From NCBI RefSeq assembly GCF_900105015.1, contig NZ_FNLK01000008.1, positions 30,001-62,000 on the forward strand: a stretch of 32,000 bases of DNA. The letters run 5' to 3'. The position numbers and the translations under genes are program-made. This document shows positions 9,869 to 17,748 of the stretch, in pieces; position 1 is the stretch's first letter; each line of letters begins with the position of its first letter. This DNA comes from Schaalia meyeri. GTDB taxonomy: Bacteria; Actinomycetota; Actinomycetes; Actinomycetales; Actinomycetaceae. The notes below the pieces were generated by a model. The model saw only the letters and a program-made list of their open reading frames with translations, had not been told where the DNA came from and did not search any database.

Positions 9869-10462
9869 CACACCGACCTTAACGACACATATTAAGCTCC
9901 CACTCAAGATTCTCGCTCCAACTCTCGCAGTTATCGCTCTGGTCTCCGCGTGCCTCCCGTCCTCCTCCGGGCGTTCGTCCAGCCACAACACCAAACCCGC
10001 TGCATCGAAGATAGATCCCCGATTCGCTGAGTTTCAACACACCTTCAAGAAAAACCGGAGATTCAAGAAATGGTTGACATTCTCAACGAGCATTGGTCAG
10101 ACCTGGAGGCGACGGAGACTCACCTCACCCTCGCGTACTCTCGCACTGGCTTCTGTGACGTCAACATCGAACCCGAATTTTGGATGACTGGCGTCCCGAC
10201 CATTTCCGATGAAGCAATCGAGATGCTCAGCGTCAAGACAGACAATACGAATACCCTCCAGCCCGGCATCTATCCGGGCCTCTACCAATACGTGCCCCAG
10301 GACTGCCACTTCTCCATGATCCCCGCCGACCACGCCAATGAGACCCTCGAGACGAAGACGACCAAGTCTTCCTCTCCCTTCGGCTCGTTCAAGGTCCAGG
10401 AGCTCGCCGTTTCCGCGGACTGCCACCTCGTCGTCGTGACGGGAGAGGGAGTGATGGGATAG
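9852..10462 (+). pseudogene. Lipoprotein, candidate immunity paralog 3, disrupted by a 1-nt frameshift near the A5 run at 10050-10054
   Basis: The N-terminal part (lipobox V-S-A-C, then IDPRFAEFQHTF) is in frame 0, within track ORF 9726..10187. The C-terminal part (EKPEIQEMVDILNEHWSDLEATETH...LQPGIYPGLYQYVPQDCHF...SADCHLVVVTGEGVMG) is in frame 2. Frame 2 has a stop at 10028-10030, so the switch must fall between 10031 and about 10055. The codon homologous to the paralog start codons is ATT (9891-9893). The only upstream ATG (9852) lacks an SD. Confidence 0.6.
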
Positions 10463-10487
10463 CAACTCACCCACAATCCCCGGCCCG

Positions 10488-10509
10488 GGCCTCGTCCATT
10501 GTCGAGGCC
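10488..10509 (+). terminator. Short hairpin after the third lipoprotein gene
   Basis: GGCCTCG (10488-10494) pairs with CGAGGCC (10503-10509) across an 8-nt loop. There is no T-tract. Confidence 0.3.
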
Positions 10510-10760
10510 GAGGTGCCAGTGCGCTCACTCGCGACCATCGCAAAAATGAAAAACGAAAACTCACCCTGAGCTAAGTCGCCTTCCATGCGCCTCATTTCTT
10601 TCGGATACAAGGGATTTTTCGACGATGATTTTTCTTTAGTTTTCCGCGAGAATTCGCCGCTCACGCGCCATCCTCCACACAGCGGACACGAGAATACACC
10701 CCGGGACCTCCGACCTAGTCATAACCTGAGACTGACAGCACCTACGAGGAAGGATCCCCC

Positions 10761-11558
10761 GTGCGCATCGCTCTCTTTTCCACCTGCCTAGCAGACGTCA
10801 TGTTCCCCCAGGCGGCCCAGGCGACAGTGACCCTGCTCGAACGCCTCGGCCATGAGGTCGTCTTCCCCGAAGGCCAGGTCTGCTGCGGCCAGATGCACGC
10901 CAACACCGGCTATTTTGAAGACGCAGCGAAGATCACCCGTAACCACGTCAAGGCCTTCGAGCCCGTCCTGGACGGACTATGGGACGCCATCGTCGTTCCC
11001 TCCGGCTCCTGCACCGGCGCAGCACGCCACGAACAGAAGGTCGTCGCCGAACACGTTGGAGACACAGAGCTGGCCAAGCAGTCCCAGCGCATCGCCCAGC
11101 ACACCTACGACCTCACCGAACTCCTCACCGACGTCCTGGGCCTGGAAGACGTGGGCGCATACTTCCCCCACACCGTCACCTACCACCCGACCTGCCACTC
11201 CCTGCGCATCGCCAGGGTCGGCGACCGCCCCTACCGCCTGCTGCGCCAGGTCGAAGGACTGACCCTCATCGACCTGCCGGACGCCGAGGTCTGCTGCGGA
11301 TTCGGCGGCACCTTCTCCATGAAGAACTCCGAAACTTCCACGTCGATGCTGGCCGACAAAGTCGCCAACGTCATGTCCACGCGCGCAGAGGTCCTGGTCA
11401 TGGGCGACTACTCCTGCCTCCTGCACGTCGGCGGCGGCCTCTCCCGCCTCAACTCCGGTATCCGCCCCATACACCTCGCCGAAATCCTGGCATCCACCAA
11501 GGACCAGCCCTTCCAGGGCAACATCTCCTTCGCACCCGAAAGCGCACAGGTGATCTGA
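10761..11558 (+). CDS. lutA: Lactate utilization protein A (Fe-S oxidoreductase, CCG-domain)
   Basis: N-terminus RIALFSTCLADVMFPQAAQATVTLLERLGHEVVFPEGQVCCGQMH, and a second CCG motif (EVCCGFGGTF). The start is GTG 10761, with GAGGAAGGA at 10746-10754. Confidence 0.9.
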   Translation: MRIALFSTCLADVMFPQAAQATVTLLERLGHEVVFPEGQVCCGQMHANTGYFEDAAKITRNHVKAFEPVLDGLWDAIVVPSGSCTGAARHEQKVVAEHVGDTELAKQSQRIAQHTYDLTELLTDVLGLEDVGAYFPHTVTYHPTCHSLRIARVGDRPYRLLRQVEGLTLIDLPDAEVCCGFGGTFSMKNSETSTSMLADKVANVMSTRAEVLVMGDYSCLLHVGGGLSRLNSGIRPIHLAEILASTKDQPFQGNISFAPESAQVI

Positions 11559-11559
11559 C

Positions 11560-13164
11560 ATGACCGCAACGTTCATCGGAATGCCCTCCACCCCCGAATC
11601 CCACACCGGCGGCTGGCGCACCACCGTCACCATCCCCGAAGACACCCTCCGCTGGGGCCACACCTTCCCCGAGGGCGCACACAAGACACTGGCCAACACC
11701 CAGATGCGCCGTAACCTCGGCCACGCCACCCGCACCATCCGCACCAAGCGCGGGCAGCGCGTCGCCGAAATGCCGGACTGGGAGGACCTGCGCAGCGCCG
11801 CCGAGGCCGTCAAATTCGAAGTCGAATCGCGCATGCCCGAGCTGCTCGAAGAGTTCGAGCGCAACGTCACCGCTCGCGGCGGCATCGTCCACTGGGCGCG
11901 CGACAAGCACGAGGCCAACCGCATCGTCGCGGACATCATCAAGTCCAAGGGCGTCGACGAGGTCGTCAAGATCAAGTCCATGGCCACCCAGGAAACCAAC
12001 CTCAACGAGTACCTGAAGGGTCAGGGGATCTCCGCGCTGGAAACCGACCTGGCCGAGATGATCGTCCAGCTGGCCGACGACATGCCCAGCCACATCGTGG
12101 TCCCCGCGATCCACCGCAACCGCTCCGAAGTGCGCGGCATCTTCCTGGATCGCATGGAGGACGCGCCGCGCGATCTCTCGGATGACCCGACCGAGCTCAC
12201 GGGCGCCGCCCGCGCCCACCTGCGCAAAAAGTTCCTGCACGCCAAGGTCGCCGTCTCCGGCACCAACATGGGCATCGCGGAAACCGGCACCGTCTCCGTC
12301 TACGAATCCGAGGGCAACGGTCGCATGTGCCTGACCCTGCCGGACACGCTCATCACCCTGATGGGCATCGAGAAGCTGGTGCCCCGCTTCCAGGACATCG
12401 AGATCTTTTCCCAGCTGCTGCCCCGTTCCGCGACCGGCGAGCGCATGAACCCCTACACTTCCCTGTGGACGGGCGTCACCCCCGGCGATGGCCCCCAGGA
12501 GTTCCACCTGATCCTCATGGACAACGGGCGCACCAAGGTACTCGCGGACCCCATCGGACGACAGGCCCTCGCCTGTATTCGCTGCGGCTCCTGCATGAAC
12601 ATCTGCCCCGTCTACCAGCACACATCCGGTCACGCCTACGGCTCTGTCTACCCCGGGCCCATCGGTGCGATCCTCACCCCGCAGCTCACCCAGGGCCTGG
12701 GCGAGAAGGATCCTGTGCACACCCTCCCCTTCGCCTCCTCTCTGTGCGGTGCGTGCGGCGAGGTTTGCCCCGTCAAGATCGACATCCCCACGATCCTCAT
12801 CCATATGCGCGCGCGCACGGTGGACATCAAGCGCAACATCGTGCCCGATGTGTGGGACCTGGCGATGGGCGTTGCCACCCCCGTCATGTCGAACGCGACG
12901 CTGTGGAAGGCCGCAGGCATGTCCACCAAGACCACCCGCCTGTTCGCCAAGAAGGGGGCGATCGGCGCGCTGCCGTTCCCGGCTTCGCTGTGGACCCGCG
13001 CGCGCGACCTGCCGGTGGTGCCCAAGGAAACATTCCGGCAGTGGTGGAAGCGCACCCACGCGGACTCCGACGCAAACGCGCCCCGCACGGACACCCCCGC
13101 CACGGGGCTCCCGCTCGCATCCGAGCATGGCATGACCACCCGCACGACCCCCGAGGAGGCGTGA
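11560..13164 (+). CDS. lutB: Lactate utilization protein B (4Fe-4S ferredoxin-type plus LUD domain)
   Basis: Two ferredoxin cluster motifs, CIRCGSCMNICPVY and CGACGEVCPVKIDIP. The ATG lies 1 nt after the lutA stop. Confidence 0.9.
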   Translation: MTATFIGMPSTPESHTGGWRTTVTIPEDTLRWGHTFPEGAHKTLANTQMRRNLGHATRTIRTKRGQRVAEMPDWEDLRSAAEAVKFEVESRMPELLEEFERNVTARGGIVHWARDKHEANRIVADIIKSKGVDEVVKIKSMATQETNLNEYLKGQGISALETDLAEMIVQLADDMPSHIVVPAIHRNRSEVRGIFLDRMEDAPRDLSDDPTELTGAARAHLRKKFLHAKVAVSGTNMGIAETGTVSVYESEGNGRMCLTLPDTLITLMGIEKLVPRFQDIEIFSQLLPRSATGERMNPYTSLWTGVTPGDGPQEFHLILMDNGRTKVLADPIGRQALACIRCGSCMNICPVYQHTSGHAYGSVYPGPIGAILTPQLTQGLGEKDPVHTLPFASSLCGACGEVCPVKIDIPTILIHMRARTVDIKRNIVPDVWDLAMGVATPVMSNATLWKAAGMSTKTTRLFAKKGAIGALPFPASLWTRARDLPVVPKETFRQWWKRTHADSDANAPRTDTPATGLPLASEHGMTTRTTPEEA

Positions 13165-13165
13165 C

Positions 13166-13840
13166 ATGAGCAAGACCACGATGGACGCAAAGACCGCGAT
13201 CCTGGCGCGCGCACGCGACGCCATCTCCCATTCACAGCAGGGACGCCCCGTGCGACCGATCCCTCGCGACTACATCCGCTCCACCGAGCACGCGCCCGGT
13301 TCGGACGCCGTCGTTGAGGAAATGATCGAGAAACTCGAGGACTACTCCGCGCAGGTTGTCGTCGTTTCGGGAGAGGATGCCGTCGCCGACGCCGTCGCCA
13401 CGTTCCTGGCCGATCAGAAGGCCACCTCGGTCGTCGTTCCCACCGGCCTGGACGAGGCCTTCAAGAAGGCGGCCGCCCGCGACGGGCGCAAGGTGAGCGA
13501 AGACAGCCGCGAGAAGGCCATCTCCACCCTGGAGCTGGACGAGATCGACGCGGTCGTCACCCGCAGCCGCGTCGCCATCTCCATCTCGGGAACCATCGTC
13601 CTGGACGGCGAACCCGACCAGGGGCGTCGCGCAATCTCCCTCGTGCCCGACACGCACGTCGTCGTCCTAAACCGCGCGGACATCGTTCCCACGGTCCCCC
13701 AGGCGGTCGACATCCTCGGCAAGAACCCGACCCGTCCCATGACGTGGATCGCCGGCGGTTCGGCGACCTCCGACATTGAGCTCGTGCGAGTCAACGGCGT
13801 GCACGGCCCCCGCAACCTGCGGGTCGTCATCGCCTCCTGA
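13166..13840 (+). CDS. lutC: Lactate utilization protein C (LUD-domain)
   Basis: A 224-aa protein that starts 1 nt after the lutB stop. Its position and size fit LutC/YkgG, and the C-terminal ...GGSATSDIE...GVHGPR pattern is typical of the LUD domain. Confidence 0.85.
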   Translation: MSKTTMDAKTAILARARDAISHSQQGRPVRPIPRDYIRSTEHAPGSDAVVEEMIEKLEDYSAQVVVVSGEDAVADAVATFLADQKATSVVVPTGLDEAFKKAAARDGRKVSEDSREKAISTLELDEIDAVVTRSRVAISISGTIVLDGEPDQGRRAISLVPDTHVVVLNRADIVPTVPQAVDILGKNPTRPMTWIAGGSATSDIELVRVNGVHGPRNLRVVIAS

Positions 13841-13860
13841 GCGACGCGGCTGCAACGCGC

Positions 13861-13903
13861 AACGCTGTGCCCGACTGCCACTGCGGCAGTCGGGCACAGC
13901 GTT
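13861..13903. terminator. Bidirectional terminator hairpin between convergent lutC and the uvrA paralog
   Basis: AACGCTGTGCCCGACTGCC (13861-13879) pairs perfectly with GGCAGTCGGGCACAGCGTT (13885-13903), giving a 19-bp stem and a 5-nt loop. TTT follows on the plus strand. Confidence 0.7.
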
Positions 13904-13999
13904 TATGTGTCGGCAGCATTGGCGAGGACGCACGGCAGACAAGCAGCTACATTCCGACGATCGCGAGGAAGAATACAATCCCCTGAGCAAACGGCGGCA

Positions 14000-16489
14000 T
14001 CAGCGCAGGTATCGTCCCGTCACCGAATCAGCTTCGGCGGCGATATCGCGGGCAGTTCCGCAGGCGACGACGCGCCCGCCCAGGGCACCGCCGCCCGGCC
14101 CCATGTCGATCACCCAGTCGGAGTTGGCGATGACATCCAGGTCGTGCTCGATGACGACGACGGTGGCACCGCGGTCGATGAGACGCTGGAGGACGTCGAG
14201 GAGGACCTGCACGTCCTCCGGGTGCAGGCCGATCGTCGGTTCGTCGAACACGAAGAGCGCACCCTCCTGGCGCCTGCCCATCTCCGAGGCGAGCTTGAGC
14301 CGCTGGGCCTCGCCTCCCGACAGGGCGGGCGTGGCCTCGCCGAGCGTCAGGTAGCCCAGTCCCAAGCCCGAGAGGGTGTCGAGCAGCGCCCCAGCCTTCC
14401 TCAGGCCTCGCACCGCGCCCCGCGCGTCGTCCACGCTCATCGCCATGATGTCGGGCAGGCTGAGTCCATCGCGACGAATCTGCCCCGCATCCTGGCTGTA
14501 CCTGCTGCCCCGGCAGTGCGCGCACTCGACATCAACGTCAGGCAGGAACTGCACGTCCAAGGTGATCTGGCCGGTCCCCTCGCACGTGGGGCATCGCAGC
14601 GACCCCGTGTTGTAGGAGAAGGCCCCGGCCTTCAGCCCAGCCGCCCGCGCCGCCTCCGTGCGTGCGAAGGCCCGGCGCAGCTCGTCCAGGACCCCGCAGT
14701 ACGTGGCCACGGTGGAGCGCACGTTCACGCCGATCGGCGTCGCGTCGATCAAGTGGACGCGCGAGATGCCCGCCGCGTCCACGTCCCGCACGTGACCGGG
14801 CAGCGCCTCCCCCGCCAGGGCGGCCCGCAGGGCGGGCACCAGGGACTCCAGGACCATCGTCGTCTTACCCGATCCGCTGACCCCCGTCACCGCCGTGAGT
14901 GCCCCCACCGGGATATCAACGTTCAGGGGGTGGACGGTGTGGATCCGCTCAGTCTCCAGGTGGATGGCGCCGCGCCCGTCCGCGCCCGACGCACCGTGTC
15001 CCTGCGCCTTTAAGGCTCGCCGCCCCGACCCCGCCGGCCGCTCCACACGGCGACTCCCGGCCAGGTACGGGCCGATGCGAGAAGCGGGTGCTCGGCATGC
15101 CTCGTCGATCGGTCCCTGGAAGATGACGCGGCCGCCGTCAGCGCCCGCGCCCGGTCCGATCTCGATCAGATGGTCGGCGGCAGCCAGCACGCGGGTGTCG
15201 TGGTCAACCACGACGGCCGAGTTCCCGTCCGCGATGAGATCGCGGACGATGCCCAGGACCCCGTCGACGTTGGAGGGGTGCAGGCCGATGGTCGGCTCGT
15301 CCAGGACGTAGAGGACGCCGGTCGTACGGTTGCGGACCGCCCGAGCCAACTGCACACGCTGGCGCTCGCCGTTGGACAGCGTGGAGGAGGCCCGGTCCAG
15401 CGACAGGTAGGACAGGCCCAGGTCCGCCAGGCGCTTCATCGGCTCTGCCATCTCATCGACGATGACGCGGGCCATGGGCGCGACCTCGCCGGGGACGAGG
15501 CCGGGCACGCGCGCCACCCACTCGCGCAGCTCGGCCAGGGACAGGCGCGAGGCCTGGCCCAGGTCGATGCCGTCGATCAGGGTCGAGCGCACCCGCTCCC
15601 CCAGGCGCGTGCCCTCGCAGGCGGGGCAGGTGCGCGTGATGAGGTACTTGCCGACGCGGGCGAGGGCCTTCTCATCCTTGGCCTTGGCGAGCGCGTTCTC
15701 CACGGTCGCGACCGCGTTGAAATACGTGAAGTCCAGCTCCGCGCCACCCGTCTTCGTGGCAACGACAATGTGGTGTTTCTCGGCGGGTCCCTCGTAGACG
15801 ATGGCCTTCTCCGCCTCGCTCAGATCACGGAAGGGCACGTCGGTGCGCACGCCCATCTCTCTGGCGACGTCCTTCATGAGCTTCCACATGAGGGAACCCC
15901 ACGGGGACACTGCCCCCTCGTCGATCGATCGGGACTCGTCTGGCACGAGCGCGGCGCGGTCGACGACACGCTGGATCCCGGTCCCCTCGCACACGGGGCA
16001 CGCGCCGGCGGAATTGAAGGCCATCTCCTCGGCGCCCAGCCCGTAGAAGGACTCGGAGCACTGCGGGCACACGAGCGGCACTTCCAGAGCCACGTTGCGC
16101 GACGGGGGCACGCGGTGCCCGCTGGGGCACAGGTAGGAGCCCACGCGCGAGAACAGCAGGCGCAGGTGGTTCGCCAGCTCCGTAGCCGTACCGAATGTGG
16201 AGCGCACGCCGGGCGCGCCCGGGCGCTGGCGCAGAGCGAGGGCAGCGGGGACGTGGATGACCTCGTCGACCGAGGCCTTGGCCGCCTGGGAGATGCGCCT
16301 GCGCGTGTAGGTCGCCAGGGACTCCAGGTAGCGGCGAGAGCCTTCCGCGTAGAGCGTGCCCAGGGCCAGGGAGGACTTGCCCGACCCAGACACGCCCGCG
16401 ATGGCGACAAACCGGTTCAGGGGAACATCGACGTCTACGTTCTTCAGGTTGTGGACGCGGGCGCCGCGCACGCGTATGACGCTGGGCAC
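14000..16489 (-). CDS. UvrA-family ABC ATPase paralog lacking the UvrB-binding insert
   Basis: N-terminus IRVRGARVHNLKNVDVDVPLNRFVAIAGVSGSGKSSLALGTLYAEGSRRY, with two ABC modules (a second Walker A, TGVSGSGKTT) and zinc modules. At 829 aa it is shorter than canonical UvrA. Only about 35 aa separate the first CP... Cys module from FNSAGACPVCEGTG, where canonical UvrA carries the UvrB-binding domain. The GTG start (16489-16487) lies 1 nt after the era stop. Confidence 0.85.
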   Translation of the reverse strand: MPSVIRVRGARVHNLKNVDVDVPLNRFVAIAGVSGSGKSSLALGTLYAEGSRRYLESLATYTRRRISQAAKASVDEVIHVPAALALRQRPGAPGVRSTFGTATELANHLRLLFSRVGSYLCPSGHRVPPSRNVALEVPLVCPQCSESFYGLGAEEMAFNSAGACPVCEGTGIQRVVDRAALVPDESRSIDEGAVSPWGSLMWKLMKDVAREMGVRTDVPFRDLSEAEKAIVYEGPAEKHHIVVATKTGGAELDFTYFNAVATVENALAKAKDEKALARVGKYLITRTCPACEGTRLGERVRSTLIDGIDLGQASRLSLAELREWVARVPGLVPGEVAPMARVIVDEMAEPMKRLADLGLSYLSLDRASSTLSNGERQRVQLARAVRNRTTGVLYVLDEPTIGLHPSNVDGVLGIVRDLIADGNSAVVVDHDTRVLAAADHLIEIGPGAGADGGRVIFQGPIDEACRAPASRIGPYLAGSRRVERPAGSGRRALKAQGHGASGADGRGAIHLETERIHTVHPLNVDIPVGALTAVTGVSGSGKTTMVLESLVPALRAALAGEALPGHVRDVDAAGISRVHLIDATPIGVNVRSTVATYCGVLDELRRAFARTEAARAAGLKAGAFSYNTGSLRCPTCEGTGQITLDVQFLPDVDVECAHCRGSRYSQDAGQIRRDGLSLPDIMAMSVDDARGAVRGLRKAGALLDTLSGLGLGYLTLGEATPALSGGEAQRLKLASEMGRRQEGALFVFDEPTIGLHPEDVQVLLDVLQRLIDRGATVVVIEHDLDVIANSDWVIDMGPGGGALGGRVVACGTARDIAAEADSVTGRYLR

Positions 16490-16490
16490 G

Positions 16491-17747
16491 TCAGAACCCC
16501 AGGCGCCCCAGCATCTTCGGGTCGGACTGCCAGTCCTTCGCCGTACGCACGTGCAGGTCCAGGTAGACGCGCCGCCCCAGCAGCTCCTCGATGTGGGCGC
16601 GAGAGCGCGTGCCGATCTGCTTCAGGCGCGAACCCTTGCGGCCGATGATGATGGCCTTCTGGGAGTCGCGCTCCACGTAGACGTTGACGTGGATGTCCAG
16701 CATGGGCGCTCGCTCGTCGCCCTCGCGCCGGGGGCGCTCGATAATCTCCTCGACCTGGACGGCCAGGGAGTGGGGCAGCTCGTCGCGCACGCCCTCGAGG
16801 GCGGCCTCGCGGATGAACTCGGCGATCAGGGTGTCCCGTGATTCGTCCGTAACATCCCCTTCGGGATACAGCGGGGGCGAGAGCGGCACCGTCTGGGCGA
16901 GCACGTCGCGCAGGTGGTCGATGCCTTTGCCTTCCACGGAGGAAACGGGAACGATGGCCGCCCAATTCCCCAGCGCCTCAATCGAGAGCAGGTGCTTCAT
17001 GACGCGCTCACGCGGAACGGCGTCGCACTTGGTGGCCACAGCGACGATCGGACGTTTCACGGCGCGCAGTTCGCGGGCGATGAACTGGTCGCCGGGGCCG
17101 ATGCGCTGGTTCGCGGGCAGGCAAAAGAGGACGACGTCCACCTCGGAGAGGGCCTCGCGCACCATGTCGTTGAGCCGTTTGCCCAGCAGGGTGCGGGGGC
17201 GGTGGTATCCGGGCGTGTCCACGAGGACCAGCTGATACCCCTCGCCGTGGACGATGCCTCGGATGTTGTGGCGCGTGGTCTCGGGGCGCCCCGACGTGAT
17301 CGCGATCTTGCGCCCGACCAGGGCGTTCGTCAGGGTGGATTTGCCGACGTTGGGGCGCCCGACGACGGAGATAAAGCCCGCGCGAAAGTCCTCAGGAAAA
17401 TCGGGGATATCGATCGTGGCCACCGCGTCCCGCCGCAGCGATGCCACTGAAGTCATCGCCTCGAAGGCACCCAGGTCCGCGTCCTCCTCGCCCGCCAGGC
17501 CGTCCTCGGCGTCACAGTCGCCGATGTCATCACCGGCCTCGGTGTCACCGAAATCGGCGTCGGACCCATCCTCGGAGTCATCGCCGAGCTCATCCCCAGC
17601 CCCATCCCGGTTAACGTCACCGACGCCTCGGCCTATCTGCGCGCGCGCGTCGGCTTCCGGGTCGGCGGCGTCGGGGGCCACCTCGATGCGCGCGTCGTCC
17701 AGGGCGTTGGGGCCGGCCATGAGTTCGTGGTCGGAGGGGAATCGCAT
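16491..17747 (-). CDS. era: GTPase Era with an acidic N-terminal extension of about 115 aa
   Basis: G1 motif GRPNVGKSTL, then DTPG and a C-terminal KH domain. The G1 motif sits near aa 130 rather than near aa 10-15. The preceding region is rich in D, E, G and A. ATG 17747 lies 1 nt after the upstream gene's stop. Confidence 0.9.
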   Translation of the reverse strand: MRFPSDHELMAGPNALDDARIEVAPDAADPEADARAQIGRGVGDVNRDGAGDELGDDSEDGSDADFGDTEAGDDIGDCDAEDGLAGEEDADLGAFEAMTSVASLRRDAVATIDIPDFPEDFRAGFISVVGRPNVGKSTLTNALVGRKIAITSGRPETTRHNIRGIVHGEGYQLVLVDTPGYHRPRTLLGKRLNDMVREALSEVDVVLFCLPANQRIGPGDQFIARELRAVKRPIVAVATKCDAVPRERVMKHLLSIEALGNWAAIVPVSSVEGKGIDHLRDVLAQTVPLSPPLYPEGDVTDESRDTLIAEFIREAALEGVRDELPHSLAVQVEEIIERPRREGDERAPMLDIHVNVYVERDSQKAIIIGRKGSRLKQIGTRSRAHIEELLGRRVYLDLHVRTAKDWQSDPKMLGRLGF

Positions 17748-17748
17748 G

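Noticed and set aside
10044-10057. A programmed -1 ribosomal frameshift in the third lipoprotein paralog.
   Set aside because: An A5 run alone is a weak slippery site, and I saw no obvious downstream stimulatory hairpin. The gene also lacks a canonical start codon and SD at the homologous position. Decay or a homopolymer sequencing error is therefore more parsimonious. It remains listed as a check under the frameshift finding.
7308-10760. Flanking direct or inverted repeats, or an integrase, that would define the toxin island as a discrete mobile element.
   Set aside because: Only trivial short similarities were seen between the two borders, for example CACCCCCGAG at the left against ACACCCCGGGA at the right. 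No recombinase gene is present, so no mobile-element call is made.
10467-10791. Small ORFs (65 aa on the minus strand, 68 aa on the plus strand) in the gap between the third lipoprotein gene and lutA.
   Set aside because: They have no SD and low-complexity or charged sequences. The plus-strand ORF runs into the lutA start region. They are more likely to be non-coding island remnant or lutA promoter sequence.
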